Shown piece by piece: positions 46,934-59,964 of a DNA stretch of 64,000 nucleotides. A program made the position numbers and the translations under genes. The notes below the pieces were generated by a model, which ran no database searches, was not told the origin of the DNA, and saw only the letters and a program-made list of their open reading frames with translations. How positions within the stretch are numbered: position 1 is the first letter of the stretch; each line of letters begins with the position of its first letter. The stretch comes from Malacoraja senta (taxonomy: Eukaryota): positions 94,488,001-94,552,000 of the forward strand of contig CM075978.1 in the NCBI GenBank assembly GCA_038087875.1, in the 5' to 3' direction.

Positions 46934-48512
46934 ATATTCTTAGGCAAGTATGTTTTAAGGCGAAATGTTCATCGACCCATGACTGAGTGTTAACATGAAG
47001 TGCAGCACTCATTCAATGCACCAGCTCCATCTGAAATCTAACTGCCGGTGCAACTCAGTGGGTCACCAGCATGTATGGAAAGAAATGGACCAGCAACATT
47101 GCGGGTCGGGACCCTTCCTAGAACATCTAATGTCCATTTCCCTCCACAGATGCTGCTTGACCCATTGAGTTCCTCCAGCAGTTTGTTTCCTGTTTAAAGT
47201 TCCGAATCTGCAGCCTCATGTGTCGACATGTGAAATATAGTTTTTGGACATGCTTGTGTAGCACCAGTTTAATTTATGTTGTATCTGGGGCAAACTATTT
47301 ACAGCAGCACAGCATAAGAATAAATTAAATAAAATCTTTCCTAATCTTTCATCAATCTGTGATAAATGTCTATCTCAAGAAGCTACCATATCGCATTCTT
47401 TTGTTTTTTGTACAAAAATCCAAAATTTTTGGTATGAAATATTTGATATTTTCTCAAAATTAATTAAAATAAAACTGGTACCAAAACCAGAATGGATCAA
47501 TTTTGGAATATCGGAAGGTATCCCTGAATTAAACGTGTATCAGAAGAACTTATTCAATTACGGGCTAATAATGGGAAAAAGGCTCATACTTAAATTCTGG
47601 AAAAATGCGCCCACACCAACAATAAAAATGTGGACATCAAATATGTTGGAAACATTACATCTGGAAGAGATGAGATTCCTCTTAGCAGGGAAAGCAGACC
47701 AATTCCAAAAGACGTGGTCTACGTTTTTGGACCTATTACAAGCATGAGGTGCAATAGTAATTTAAAAAATAAATAAATAAAGAAATGGTATCAGGACCTG
47801 GTAATGGGAGGTAAAACAATAAAAACAGACTGGGTCGGTGGTTCCCTTTCTGCGATTGTTCCTACTTTCTTTTTCTTTCTTTTCTAGGATCTACTTTCTT
47901 ACTTTACTTCCTTCTCTAACTTCTTTTCTAAGGGGCTTTCTTTTCACAACACTCTCTTGCACCTCACGACTCTTGCGCACTTTCTTTACTTTTCTTACTT
48001 CTATCTTTCTCTTAAAGCTCAAAAAAATGAAGCGGTATAAAAAATGTATTAAGATATAAGTGTTGTGTATTACTGTAATTTACCGTACTTCTAATAAAAA
48101 TAATTTAAAAAAAAAATTTAAAAAAATATTCTTAGGCAAGTATGTTTTAAGGCGAAATGTTCATCGACCCATGACTGAGTGTTAACATGAAGTGCAGCAC
48201 TCATTCAATGCACCAGCTCCATCTGAAATCTAACTGCCGGTGCAACTCAGTGGGTCACCAGCATGTATGGAAAGAAATGGACCAGCAACATTGCGGGTCG
48301 GGACCCTTCCTAGAACATCTAATGTCCATTTCCCTCCACAGATGCTGCTTGACCCATTGAGTTCCTCCAGCAGTTTGTTTCCTGCTTAAAGTTCCGAATC
48401 TGCATCCTCATGTGTCGACATGTGAAATATAGTTTTTGGACATGCTTGTGCAGCACCAGTTTAATTTATTTTGTATTTGGGGCAAACTATTTACAGCAGC
48501 ACAGCATAAGAA
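46934..48512. repeat. 387-bp direct duplication (46934-47320 and 48126-48512) bracketing the L1
   Basis: Aligned by eye: 5 substitutions, no indels. Confidence 0.92.
47321..48125 (+). mobile_element. 5'-truncated L1-clade LINE
   Basis: Open frame KLNKIFPNLSSICDKC-x7-H-x4-C..FW...KRLILKFWK...KTW to stop at 47747 (ORF2 CCHC C-terminus); 3' UTR, AATAAA, poly(A). Confidence 0.9.
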
Positions 48513-48709
48513 AATGTGTATAGGTCAGGCTAATGTCAATAATTCATAATCGACACAAAACCCACAAAGACTGTATGCTATAAGTTGTGTAATCATACAG
48601 TAATTCCAAAGTAAATATCTGATGTATTGCAGGGGGAGTTTTAACAACCTGTTTAGCTTTATAATTCAATAACAGTGCGGAAAAATACTGTACAATAATA
48701 CATTTCCTT

Positions 48710-49240
48710 GTTCAGTTCAGTTTAGTTTATTGTAGCGTGTACCGAGGTACAGTGAAAAGCTTTTTGTTGCGTGCTATCCAGTCAGCAGAAAGACAATACA
48801 TGATTACAAACGAGCCATTTATAGTGTATAGATACATGATAAAGAAAGTCCAATCAAGGATAGTCCGAAGGCCACCAATGAGGTACAGAGAATAGTAGTT
48901 CAGGACTGGTCTCTGGTTGTGGTAGGATGATTCAGTTGCCTGATAGCAGCTGGGAAGAAACTGTCCCTGAATGAGGAAAAACTTCTTCATCCAGAGAGTT
49001 GTGAATCTGTGGAATTCTCTTCCACAGAAGGCAGTGGAGGCCAATTCACTGGATGCATTCAAGAGAGAGTTAGATTTAGCTCTAAAGGAATCAAGGGATA
49101 TGGGGAATGGCCTACTCCTGCACCTATTTTTCTATGTTTCTAATCTGGAGGTGTGTGTTTTCACACTTCTATATCTTTTGGCCGATGGGGGATGGGAGAA
49201 GAGGGAGTGGCCAGGGTGCGACTCATCTTTGATTATGCTT
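48710..49240 (-). mobile_element. Rex-Babar 3' fragment interrupted by a CR1 3' piece (+, ~48972-49141)
   Basis: Homologous to 31318-31780 in reverse; RKNFFIQRVVNLWNSLP insert. Confidence 0.8.
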
Positions 49241-49520
49241 GTTAGCCAGATATGTGTAATACCTCCACCATCTTCTGCAATTAATCACCCAGGTTACCCT
49301 GGCAACCTAAGCCCACAATCTCTTGAACCAACATGCAAAGTGCTGGAGGAACGCAGTGGGTCAGGTAGCATCTGACGCAGGCAGCACTCGATAGAAACAA
49401 AGAACTGCCGATGCTGGTTCATTAACATTCCAGCTTCCCCTTCTCCACACAACCCCACAATCAGTCTGTAAAAGGGTCTTGACCCAACAGCTCACCCTAT
49501 CCATGTTTCCAGATATGGTG

Positions 49521-49615
49521 GGTACACAAAAATGCTGGAGAAACTCAGCGGATGCAGCAGCATCTATGGAGCGAAGGAAACAGGCAACGTTTCGGGCCGA
49601 AACCCTTCTTCAGAC
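49521..49615 (-). mobile_element. Penelope mini-insertion with an intact hammerhead core (49586-49613), inside an older Penelope copy
   Basis: CUGAAGA-A-GGGU(UUCG)GCCC-GAAAC-GUU; 15-bp TSD TTTCCAGATATGGTG. Confidence 0.85.
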
Positions 49616-50032
49616 TTTCCAGATATGGTGCCTGACCCGCTGAGTTACTCCAGCACGTTTTAGGCAGTACTCTATGTTTCTCTCAAGATTCCAGCATCTG
49701 CAGTTTATCGTGTCTCCATCTCTTCAATCAAGCAGGGCACACAAAAGATTACCACATCATCTTGTTCCTCTTCAAATCACACATCATCCTGGCTTAGAAT
49801 TATGTTGCCATCGCTTTGTCATCACTGGACATAAATCCTGAAACCTCAATTTCACAGCAGTGCAGATAAACCATAAAGCCATAAGACATCGGTGCAGATT
49901 TAGGCCATTCAGTCCATCAAGGCTACTCTGCCATTTAGTCGTGGCTGATCTATTTTTCCCTCTCAACCCCATTCTCCTGCCTTCTCCTGTAACCTTTGAG
50001 GCCCTTACTAATCAAGAACCTATTGATCTGAA

Positions 50033-50635
50033 GGGCGGCATGGTGGAGCAGCGGTAGAGTTGTTGCCTTACAATACCAGAGACCGGAGTTCAATCCTGAC
50101 CACGGGTGTTATGTTTATCATGGAGTTTGTATGTTCTCCCTCTGACCGTGTGGGTTTTCTCCGAGCGCTCCGTTTTCCTCCCACACTCCAAAGACGTACA
50201 GGTTTGTAGGTTAATTGGCTCGGTAAAAATTGTGAATTGTCCTTGGCATGTAGTATAGTGCTAGTGTACAAGGTGATCTCTGGTCGGCGTGGACTCGGTG
50301 AGCCGACAATAGACAATAGACAATACACAATAGGTGCAGGAGTAGGCGATTCGGCCCTTCGAGCCAGCACCGCCATTCAATGTGATCATGGCTGATCATC
50401 CCCAATCAGTACCCCGTTCCTGCCTTCTCCCCATATCCCCTGACTCCGCTATTTTTAAGAGCCCTATCTAGCTCTCTCTTGAAAGCATCCAGAGAACCTG
50501 CCTCCACCGCCCTCTGAGGCAGAGAATTCCACAGACTCACCACTCTCTGTGAGAAAAAGTGTTTCCTCGTCTCCGTTCTAAATGGCAAGCTGAAGGACCT
50601 GTTTCCGCACTGTATCAATAAACTACACTAAACTA
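50033..50635 (+). mobile_element. HE1-type V-SINE interrupted by a CR1 3' end (-, ~50307-50588)
   Basis: SINE tail resumes at ~50589; CR1 RTETRKHFFSQRVVSLWNSLP. Confidence 0.85.
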
Positions 50636-51496
50636 ATCTCAGCTTTAAAAATACCCAATTTCAAGAAGGCAAGGTCATCACCAACTTCTCAAGGACAATG
50701 ATCAAGGATATTTCTCAAGGATATTTAATAAATATTGCCCCTTGCCAGTTCAATGGTTCTTTATTATCACATGTGCATTGCACAGTGAAATTCTTTTTGC
50801 ATAGCTCACACATGCTTAAGTCGCCATATTTTGGCTCCATTTACAAAAGAAAAAGTCCAAAGTCATAAGTCCGGTCTACATGCTGGTGTCCCTGCTCTGG
50901 GTAAACCCAGATAACTCTCAGACTGCTGCAGGGCCTCCTCCTTTGACTGGCTGAGCCTTCGAACCAACGTCCCTCTCTTTGGGATGACCAGGTTCGGAAA
51001 AATAAAGAAAATACATATTGCTTGCCTTTTGAGATTATGTAAAACTGAACCAAGTGCTCCCAAGGACAATTCACAATCTTCAGTGCTATAATCACAACAT
51101 GCACTGAGTTTTGGTATCAGTTGACGGTATCTGGGAATCGCAGCTGAAGATTTGATGCTTTGTCCTTTCATTCAGTTCACTGCTTGCCATGCTGAACCTT
51201 CAGAAACACCAGTGGGATAATCAGCACGAGATCGCTGTGTAAAAGAGACTCCAATTTTCACCATTCATGACAAGCAAGGAAGCATAATCAAACATATCTC
51301 CCCAATTCTCATCTGAAGCAACTTGCAATCTTAAGCTGCAAAAGTAAGCAAATACAAAGATGGATTCAGAGGATGTCTTCAACAATGTCTCCGTGTCCCT
51401 GAGAGCATTATATCCAATTCAGTGCAGTCACTGTTGTAATTTTGAAAACCTGGTGCCCAATTTGCACACAGCGAGATCTCACTATAAGCAATGACC

Positions 51497-51757
51497 TTTT
51501 AGTTTAGTTTAGAGATACAGCACGGAAACAGGCCCTTCGGCCCACCGTGTCCGCACTGACCAGCGATCGTGCCCGTACACGAGCACTATCTTACACGCTA
51601 GTGAAATTTACAATATTAGCCAAATTAGCCTATAAATCTGAACGTCTTTGGAGTATCCGGAGAAAATCCACTCGGTCACGGGGAGAATGTACAAACTCCG
51701 TACAGACAGCACCCGTTGTCAGGATCGAACCCGGGTGTCTGTTGCTGTAAGGCAGCA
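51497..51757 (-). mobile_element. HE1-type V-SINE (partial)
   Basis: Tail and B box present. Confidence 0.8.
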
Positions 51758-52224
51758 GGGCCTGTTTCCATACTGTATCTCTAAAGTAAAGAGACTGCCA
51801 AATTCAAACTCACATCTCTATTCGGCACATAACTTTAAAAGAATTATTTTATCGTCTGCTCATAAATAACCTAAAAATATTGGTTTTGCATTTAATACAA
51901 TGACTCTACTCAGAGCAATATATTTTCATGACTCCACCTTTCACTCCTAAAGTTCTTAAGATCAGATTTTTTAATTAACATCATTCATTCATCTACTTTT
52001 TAACTTTCCTGTAGAAAGCTACTGATTTCATACAATTTTCTATGAAATCAAGAGCTTTCATTTGGAATTCTTTTTATCACAGAGGTTTCTTTTCTTAGCT
52101 ATTTCTTTATCGACAAACTTTCTAAGGAGCATCACACATTTGATCGATTAAAATGCAGTTGATCGTTTTCCGGTGGGGAAATCAGGCAAAGTTGTCTATG
52201 TCACGTGGTCTCTGACTTTCCTGG

Positions 52225-52510
52225 GTCCTGTTGCTTCCTTCTCCAACAGGGAACCTTAGCAATGATTCCACTAGGTCTTGCCCTTCCACCTCTTTTAACC
52301 ATGAAACCCCTACTAACCCCCAGTCATACACTACTCCTTATGGCCCTCTCCTCTCTAAACCACCATCATCGCCCCTCTATAACTTGTCTAAACCTCCACC
52401 CACCCCTCTGTCACCCTCTGACCCTAACTCTCACCCTTGTCATGTTTTCACCATCCCCCCATGACCTCCCTCTCTCTGACTTAGAACGGTCTGTCCTCAA
52501 CAGAGTCCTC
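52225..52510 (+). mobile_element. Penelope ORF N-terminal fragment
   Basis: HVFTIPHDLPLSDLERSVLNR.L resembles the LS..E..VL.KGL.F motif upstream of the PLE RT; a pLTR fragment follows (52527-52655). Confidence 0.6.
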
Positions 52511-53039
52511 TAAAAAATATAAGCCGTCTGAAGAAAGCTTCCAACCTGAAATGTCACCTATTTCCTTTCTCCAGAGATATTGCCTGTTCTGCAGTTACTC
52601 CAGCATTTTGCATCTATCTTCATTATAAACCATCATCTGCAGTTCCTTCCTACACAGGCAGAGTTGTTTTGTGTCTTAATTTGACTCCAATCACACTACC
52701 TTTTGTGTTGCCTTTCATGCCTTACACAATTTAAAGAACAAACACCTTTTTAGTAGACTTTATAAGCAGCAATGCTTGGAGAAATTATTATAATTTGCTG
52801 TCAATAATCAATGTTATAAAGCACATTTATTAAAAATTTCATTTGCAACAACAGTTTGCAGTTACTAAATGTGCACAGAAAAATCTAATAGAAAAAAATG
52901 CAAAATTGCTGCAGAATTAGCTCCTTTTAAAAAGCAAAATCTAATGTAAAATTCAAGCTCTTAGAAAGACTTAAAGGAACACTTTTACTCAAAGTCGAAA
53001 TGCCGCATTCATTGAAGCTGTGATAAAAACAGAAAATGG

Positions 53040-53335
53040 GATGGCACAGTGTCGCAGTGGTAGAGCTTCTGTCTTACAGCACCAGAGACCTGTATTCGAC
53101 CCTGACCACGGGTGCTATCTGTATGGAGTTTATACATCCTCCCTGTGACGACACGGGTTTTCTCTGGGTGATCTGGTTTTCTCACACTCTCCAAAGAAGA
53201 CAAGGTCTGCAGGTTAATTGGCTTCAGTAAAATTGTGAAGTTGTCCCTAGCGTGTGGGATGGTGTTCGTGTATGGGGATCGCTGGTCGGTGCTGACTCGG
53301 TAGGCCGAAGGGCCTGTTTCCCTATATCTCTATAG
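53040..53335 (+). mobile_element. HE1-type V-SINE
   Basis: Degraded full-length match. Confidence 0.85.
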
Positions 53336-54480
53336 TATAAAGTCTGAAGAACACAGTGGCATATCAGACAGCAACTGTGGAAAGAGAAACAGAGGTAACA
53401 TTTCAGGTTGAAGAGGATTTGCAAGAACAGGTAGAGCAATGCGTTAGATTTAAGTCGCAGACCTGGAATAGGAGGGATGGCTTGGTCACAAGGTCACAAG
53501 ATTTGTTGTGGTGGTAAGTTTTTGTTGACGCCATCTGGCTGATAGGGAAATGAAAGTTAGGAGAGAGAACACAAATAAAGAATATGTAAAAAGTGTAAAA
53601 TACAGAGCTGTGGGAATTACCCAGCAGATCAAGTGGTGTGAGTGGAGACAGAAAAAAGGATTCAATCTTACAGTGAGATAACCTGCAATAGTTTAGTTTA
53701 ATTTGGAGATACAGCACGGAAACCTCAACCTCGGCCTGTAGCTCGGAGCCTCTATTCCTGGCAGCATCATCATAAATCCCTGTAAACGTATCTCTGAAGT
53801 CTAAAGCCTTCAGGAAGAGGCTGTCATTATCCAATTTGGCCTACATGTGATTCCAGACACAAGACAGTGGATTGATTGTTGAACGTCCTATGAAAGGGGT
53901 CCAGCAGGCCAACGGGAACAATGAGGGGAGAGGATGAAACACCAGCCTCACACCCCGAAAAATCAATGAAACAGAACAAATCTTCGGCGAATCCACAGCC
54001 TTTTTTGCCCACATTTCCCCTCCCATGCTGAGCTTCATCACAGGAACAGCCAGCCTTCCAGCATCAAGTCCCTGATGTCAGCTTCCAGATTTCCGCTTCT
54101 GTGTGCCCTGGAGCCAAATTTGCCATCAGTAACATCTGGGGATGCTGACAATGCTGTTACTTTTACCGGCAATCCCCTGAACATCTGGGCCACATTGTCA
54201 TTCCAGCAAAGGATTCAGTTTATAGACCCTAGCCTGAATTCCCACCCTGCTGAAATATGGTCCTGCACATTGTTCTATATGTGACCAGATCCACATTTTA
54301 AGAGCCAGTTCTGCAATTCCATTCCCAAACAAGACATTATCTGGAATATAATTATGAGTACATTGGATGATAAATTAAACCTGCAAATTAACTTTCTGGA
54401 GTAGGAAAATGAAATTACAATAATAATGATAGATAGAATCTTTTCCTCAGGACAAATGAGTCTAGAACTACTGAGCACTG

Positions 54481-54790
54481 GGCAGTACAGTGGCGCAGCT
54501 GGTAGAGGTGCTGTCTCACAGCATCAGAGACACAGGTTCGATCCTGACTACAGGCATCATCCTACCTTGCAGAGTTTGCACCTTCTCTCTGTGACCGTGG
54601 TTTCGTCCGGTTTCCTCCCACATCCCAAACATGAGTGGATTGTAGGTTAATTGGCCCTCTGTGAATTACCCCTGGTGAATAGGGAGCGGATGTTAATAAG
54701 GGATAGCATCGAACTTGTGTGAATGGGTGAGCGCTAGTCGGTGTGGATTAAGTGGGCCGAAGGGCCTGTTTCTGAGCTGCATCTTTTCAT
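54481..54790 (+). mobile_element. V-SINE, older subfamily
   Basis: TGGCGCAGCTGG, GGTTCGATCC, V-domain, tail. Confidence 0.85.
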
Positions 54791-55209
54791 CAAGCACATT
54801 TTAAGGTCAGAAATTTAAAGGAGATCTGAGGGGTACATTTTTCACATAAACGTTGGTCAATATCTGGAACAGAGGAGGTGATGGGGACAGATACAATTAC
54901 AATGCTTTAGCTTGGATGGGAATGGCATAGAACGATAAGGCGTATAAATGGGATTGTCGAACAAATGCATTATATTCAGCATGGATGAATTGGGCTAAAA
55001 GTGCCCTTTTTGTTGATGTATCTTTCTATGATTCCATAATTGCATGAACGAACTAATAACTGAACATAAATCAAAAACGATGACTGTCTAAAGAAAGCTC
55101 TCAAATGCATCTTCAATTTCTTCAACGGAGATGAAAATTTTATCATTGTTGTTTAGATTTAATGATAAAACGAGCTTAATTATTTTTTGTCAATGTTCAC
55201 AATTATTTT

Positions 55210-55512
55210 GGTTGCAAGGTGGCGCAGCGGTGAGGTTTCTGCCTTACAGCACCAGACACCCAGGTTCCACCCTAACTATGGGTGTTGTCTGTGTAGAGTT
55301 TGTACGTTCTCCCCGTGACCGCATCAGTTTTCTCCAGGAGCTCCGGTTTCATCCCACAATCCAGAGATGTACAGGTTAATTGGCTTCGGTAAGAATTGTA
55401 AATTGTCCCTAAGGTGTGGGGAAATGCTAGTATAGGGGATGATTGTTGGTCGGTGCGGACCCGGTGGGCCAAAGGGCATGTTTCCACGCTGTATCTCTAA
55501 ACTAAACTAAAC
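55210..55512 (+). mobile_element. HE1-type V-SINE
   Basis: Full-length match. Confidence 0.88.
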
Positions 55513-55875
55513 AAAACTATTTTTTAAAGCTTCTTGAAAATTGTACACAGAAAGTGATGGGTGCCTGAAGCGGGTGGTGGAGGCAGATACGATAGTGGCG
55601 TTTAAGAGGCTTTTAGAAAGGCACATGGATATGCTAGGAATGGAGGGATATAGATCACTTTCAGGCTGAAGAGGTTAATTTAACTTGGCATCATGTGGGC
55701 CGATGGGCCTGTTCTTGTGCCGTACTGTTCAAAGAGAAATGCCAAGTTTCCCACCTTAATTTCGCATTCATTCTACACATCACGAAAGTTTGTTCTAAGA
55801 GAGAGAATCTGGGTGAATTTACTGCATCATAAATAGTTCAATTCCTCAGGATTCAGCATTTCTGAAGTGCCTTTA

Positions 55876-56191
55876 TTTAGTTTAGTTTAGTTTAGAGATA
55901 CATCACGGAAACAGGACCTTTGGCCCACCACACCAACGCCAACCAGCGATCCCTGCACTGTAACACTGTCCTACACACACTGGGGTCAATTCATCAAGCC
56001 AATTAACCTAGAAAACCTGTACGTCTTTGGAGTGTGGGAGGAAACCAAAGATCTCGTCGTAAACCCACGCAGGTCATGGGGAGAACGCACAAACTCCATA
56101 CAGACAGCCCCTGTAGTCGGGATCGAACCGGGTCTCTGGCATTGTAAGCGCTGTAAGGCAGCAACTCTACCGTTACGCCACCGTGCCACCA
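55876..56191 (-). mobile_element. HE1-type V-SINE
   Basis: Full-length match. Confidence 0.9.
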
Positions 56192-57927
56192 CAACTTTAC
56201 CAACTTTACAAATAACCAACGTTAGTTGTTTTTCTGCTTTCCTTCAAAGATTATAGATATCTAGCATTAACCTTCTTACATCTGTTGGTACATAATCATC
56301 ATGCGTTAACATGCTAACAAATCTGCTAACAAATCTGTCTCTCTGATCTGTTATGTTTTCAATTAGTGTATATGCTGCCATGCAACTTTCATTGCAATCA
56401 ATTTCCATCCTTTAAGAAAGTCCTAGAAGTCATTGTTAGCATGTCAGTGATGTGATCTCACCAGACTACAGTCATAATTCATGGACTGTATCTTATTCTG
56501 AATTATATTGGAATCAATAAAATAACGAGTTCCAGGGGCTAAATTAGCTGGTTCTGGAACACGAGCACTGGTTTTGCAATATGCAATTAAACTGAATGCA
56601 TTTGACCCAGCGCAGAATGCACACAAAACGTGTTCTGTGGTCATTAACACATTTCAGCTGCCAACTGATGCTAACCACACTATAGTTGGCTTTAACTCAT
56701 AGCCACCAGACTCACTTCCCTGAGCAGCCAGGACCAGTTCATGGATTTGTAGAAATTTGCAGCACATCGTGTCCATGCCAAACAAGCACAAGAACTATTA
56801 AGCTGCTTCCACATCCTAGCTCTCTGCCCATAGTCTTGTACTGTAGGTCATCAAGTTCAACCATTCGACTAAGTTCTTGCTGGACGCCTCAAGTATTTAT
56901 CCCTTTACCACAATGGGTCAGGCAGCATCTCTGGAGAAAAATTATATTTTTCTATGTTCTTTCATTCATTGTTGGCATGTAGAGCCTGAACCATATTTAT
57001 GCCTGGCGGAAGAAAAAGAGTCAGATAGTCAAAAAGCACAGAAACAGGTCCTTCAGCCCACCATGTTCATGCATCTATCCACCCAGAAATCTCCTTTACC
57101 TGGGTGGTTTGCAATTCACAAAAGAAATTGCAAGATTTAAATGTCTTTATGTGAAAGATGAAGGAGAACCCCTTTAGTTCAATAAATCTAAAGAGCTTAA
57201 TACTTCTTCCCTTTCTGTATTTTTTTTTATTTGAACTGCTTCAATGACAAGTGCAGATGACATCATTGTAGGAGTGGCTTACTGACCTGAACTGAATTAG
57301 CTTCAGCAATGAAAATAATTAACCCAGAATGTTTTCCTAACAACTTTATTCCGGCCATGTTCGTATATTTAGCCCTCTTGCTGCTGGAGTGAGAGGCTTT
57401 GCCAAGTAACTTCCCAAGAGATGGCATCTCAATTTTAGTTTCGGCAAAAATATCCAAACAAAATGTGCAGGATCCAAGCTCTTTGATTCCTGAAGGAAAT
57501 GTTTTGGATTGGAAATGTGGAGCTAATTATGCAGTGTTCCTTTGATGAACTCATTATTACATGACACAACATGTGCAGCATTCACTTCCAGAATTATGGG
57601 GACAATGTGTCAAGACTCAAGAGTCAAGAGTCAATAATGTTTTATTGTCAAATTTCCCAGATAGAACAATGAAATTCCTACTTGCAGCAGCACAACAGAA
57701 TATTTAAACATAGTACACAGTAAACAACATAATAATCGAGAAAAAACATGGGGTCCCATGTTCACACGGGACAGCTGGTCCCCCAACGCAATATTCCACG
57801 TCTCCACCAATTCCAATATTGGTGGCCTGTGGGGAGGGAGCTTTTTGGAGCGCTAGTATGGGTGTTCTGGGCCGTATGGACTGGTTTCCAGAGGGCTAGT
57901 ATGGACATTGTGGGCCGAATGGATTCT

Positions 57928-58093
57928 TGGGATGGCAGATCAGTCACTCAGGCCTAGTGGGCTGGCAGCTCAATCACTCAGGTCCAGTGGGCTGGCAGCT
58001 CAGTCACTCAGGCCTGGTGGGCTGGCAGCTCAGTCACTCAGGCCTGGTGGGCTGGCAGCTCAGTCACTCAGGCCTGATGGGCTGGCAGCTCAG
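57928..58093. repeat. 30-bp tandem repeat TGGGCTGGCAGCTCAGTCACTCAGGCCTGG, ~5.5 copies
   Basis: Read directly. Confidence 0.9.
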
Positions 58094-58521
58094 AAACTGC
58101 CAGAAATTCAGCCCAAAACAGGTGAGAGACTCTGAGAGAGAAGGAGGAGAGGGTGGGTAATCCATTTTAGAAATTTTTCATCTTTTTCTGCAGATCACAG
58201 CAATGAAGGCGGAAAGTCTATCCTGGCCTGGATCTCACAGGGAGCCAATGAAGAGAGGGAGAAAAATACTGGGGTGAGGTTTAATACTTGCAGGGGGAAT
58301 ACTTACTGTTGGGCCGAAGGGACTCCTCCTGGGCTAGTACAGGCCTGATGGGCCCAAGGGGCTCTTTTTAAATAAATCTCAGTGAAAGGCACTTTTTCTG
58401 GACTTTTCCTCGCCCAGCATGGGCCTTTTGGGCCAAAATGCTCCTCCTGGGCTAATACGGGCATTTGGGGCAAGGGACTGGTTTCTAGGCTAATAGGGGC
58501 CTTGTGGGCCGAAATTAGTGG

Positions 58522-59121
58522 TTTCAGGCAGGCCAAACAACTCATTTTATTTCCATTGCCTTTGCAGTTTCAAACACAGGGCAGGCCAAACAGCTCATTG
58601 CATTTTCATTTCATTTCCATTGCCATTGCAGTTTCAAGCACAGGGCAGGCCAAACAGCTCATTGCGTTTTCATTTCATTTCCATTGCCATTGCTGTTTCA
58701 AGCACAGGGCAGGCTAAACAGCTCATTGCATTTTCATTTCATTTACATTGCCATTGCAGTTTCAAGCACAGGGCAGGCCAAACAGCTCATTGCATTTTCA
58801 TTTCATTTCCATTGCCATTGCTGTTTCAAGCACAGGGCAGGCTAAACAGCTCATTGCATTTTCATTTCATTTACATTGCCATTGCAATTTCAAGCACAGG
58901 GCAGGCCGAACAGCTCACTGCATTTTCATTTCATTTCCATTGCCATTGCTGTTTCAAGCACAGGGCAGGCCAAACAGCTCATTGCATTTTCATTTCATTT
59001 CCATTGCCATTGCTGTTTCAAGCACAGGGCAGGCTAAACAGCTCATTGCATTTTCATTTCATTTACATTGCCATTGCAGTTTCAAGCACAGGGCAGGCCA
59101 AACAACTCATTTCATTTTCAT
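58522..59121. repeat. 64-bp tandem repeat, ~9 copies
   Basis: CAGGGCAGG recurs at 58641, 58705, 58769... Confidence 0.95.
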
Positions 59122-59619
59122 TAATGGCTAACAAATCATTTATCGCAAGTACATTGCAGACTTACAGTTCAGTTGATTCACAGCTTAGAATGACAGTTGT
59201 GGCCTCTCCCTCACGATCTTGCACAGTGACTGACTCACGTCCAGGCATCTGGGGTTTTATAGGCCTGCCCCCCCCCTAGAAGGGGCGCTACCTTCATCGT
59301 GGTGATTGACAGGCGAGAGGACCAATAAGCTGATCTCAAGGCAGTTGGGGAAGGGGTGTGTGGGGGAGGGGGAACCTTCAAAACCTTCATAACATTTGTA
59401 CTATTTCACCGATCAGAACAAAGCTTATTTGACTCACAGCAGAGGAGAATGGTGAGTAAGGTGACGAAAAATCGTAGCGCTATGGGGGATAGTTTTTGAG
59501 CAAATTTAATTACAATGCAGACAGGAAGTGGTCAAGATGAGAGTATTAGTAATAGTATACATAGATATATATACAGTATACACACACACACTGAACTTTT
59601 TTTCGTGTTTATCACTGTT

Positions 59620-59745
59620 AATGTCTCCACAATCTATAAAGCCACCTAGTGTGCAGTCCATCTGGTCCAGGTGATGTATCCATCTTCAGCCCTTTCAGCT
59701 TCCCAAGCACCTTTTCCCTAGTAATGGTGACTCCACTAAATACAG
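59620..59745 (-). mobile_element. CR1 ORF2 internal fragment
   Basis: ITREKVLGKLKGLKMDTSPGPDGLH. Confidence 0.8.
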
Positions 59746-59943
59746 NNNNNNNNNNNNNNNNNNNNNNNNNNNNNNNNNNNNNNNNNNNNNNNNNNNNNNN
59801 NNNNNNNNNNNNNNNNNNNNNNNNNNNNNNNNNNNNNNNNNNNNNNNNNNNNNNNNNNNNNNNNNNNNNNNNNNNNNNNNNNNNNNNNNNNNNNNNNNNN
59901 NNNNNNNNNNNNNNNNNNNNNNNNNNNNNNNNNNNNNNNNNNN
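59746..59943. other. assembly gap
   Basis: N run. Confidence 1.
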
Positions 59944-59964
59944 ATAGTTCAGAGCTTATTGGAG

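Larger units (their letters stand above)
57749..59565 (-). mobile_element. non-autonomous Helitron, 3'-truncated, with tandem arrays
   Basis: Minus start A|TCTATGTATACTATTACTAA..TCTTGACCACTTCCTG; 57749-57950 homologous to 17120-17325; only half of the terminal hairpin remains. Confidence 0.72.

Noticed and set aside
53403-54260. Minus-strand ORFs (DNDSLFLKALDF...)
   Set aside because: Overlap decayed CR1 and SINE fragments; no coherent frame or recognisable domain
57287-57490. Possible minus-strand exon (IKELGSCTFCLDIF...)
   Set aside because: Open frame with plausible splice sites but no recognisable protein and no partner exon I could link
58382-59279. ORFs of 111-253 aa
   Set aside because: Translations of a stop-poor 64-bp tandem repeat cycling through frames
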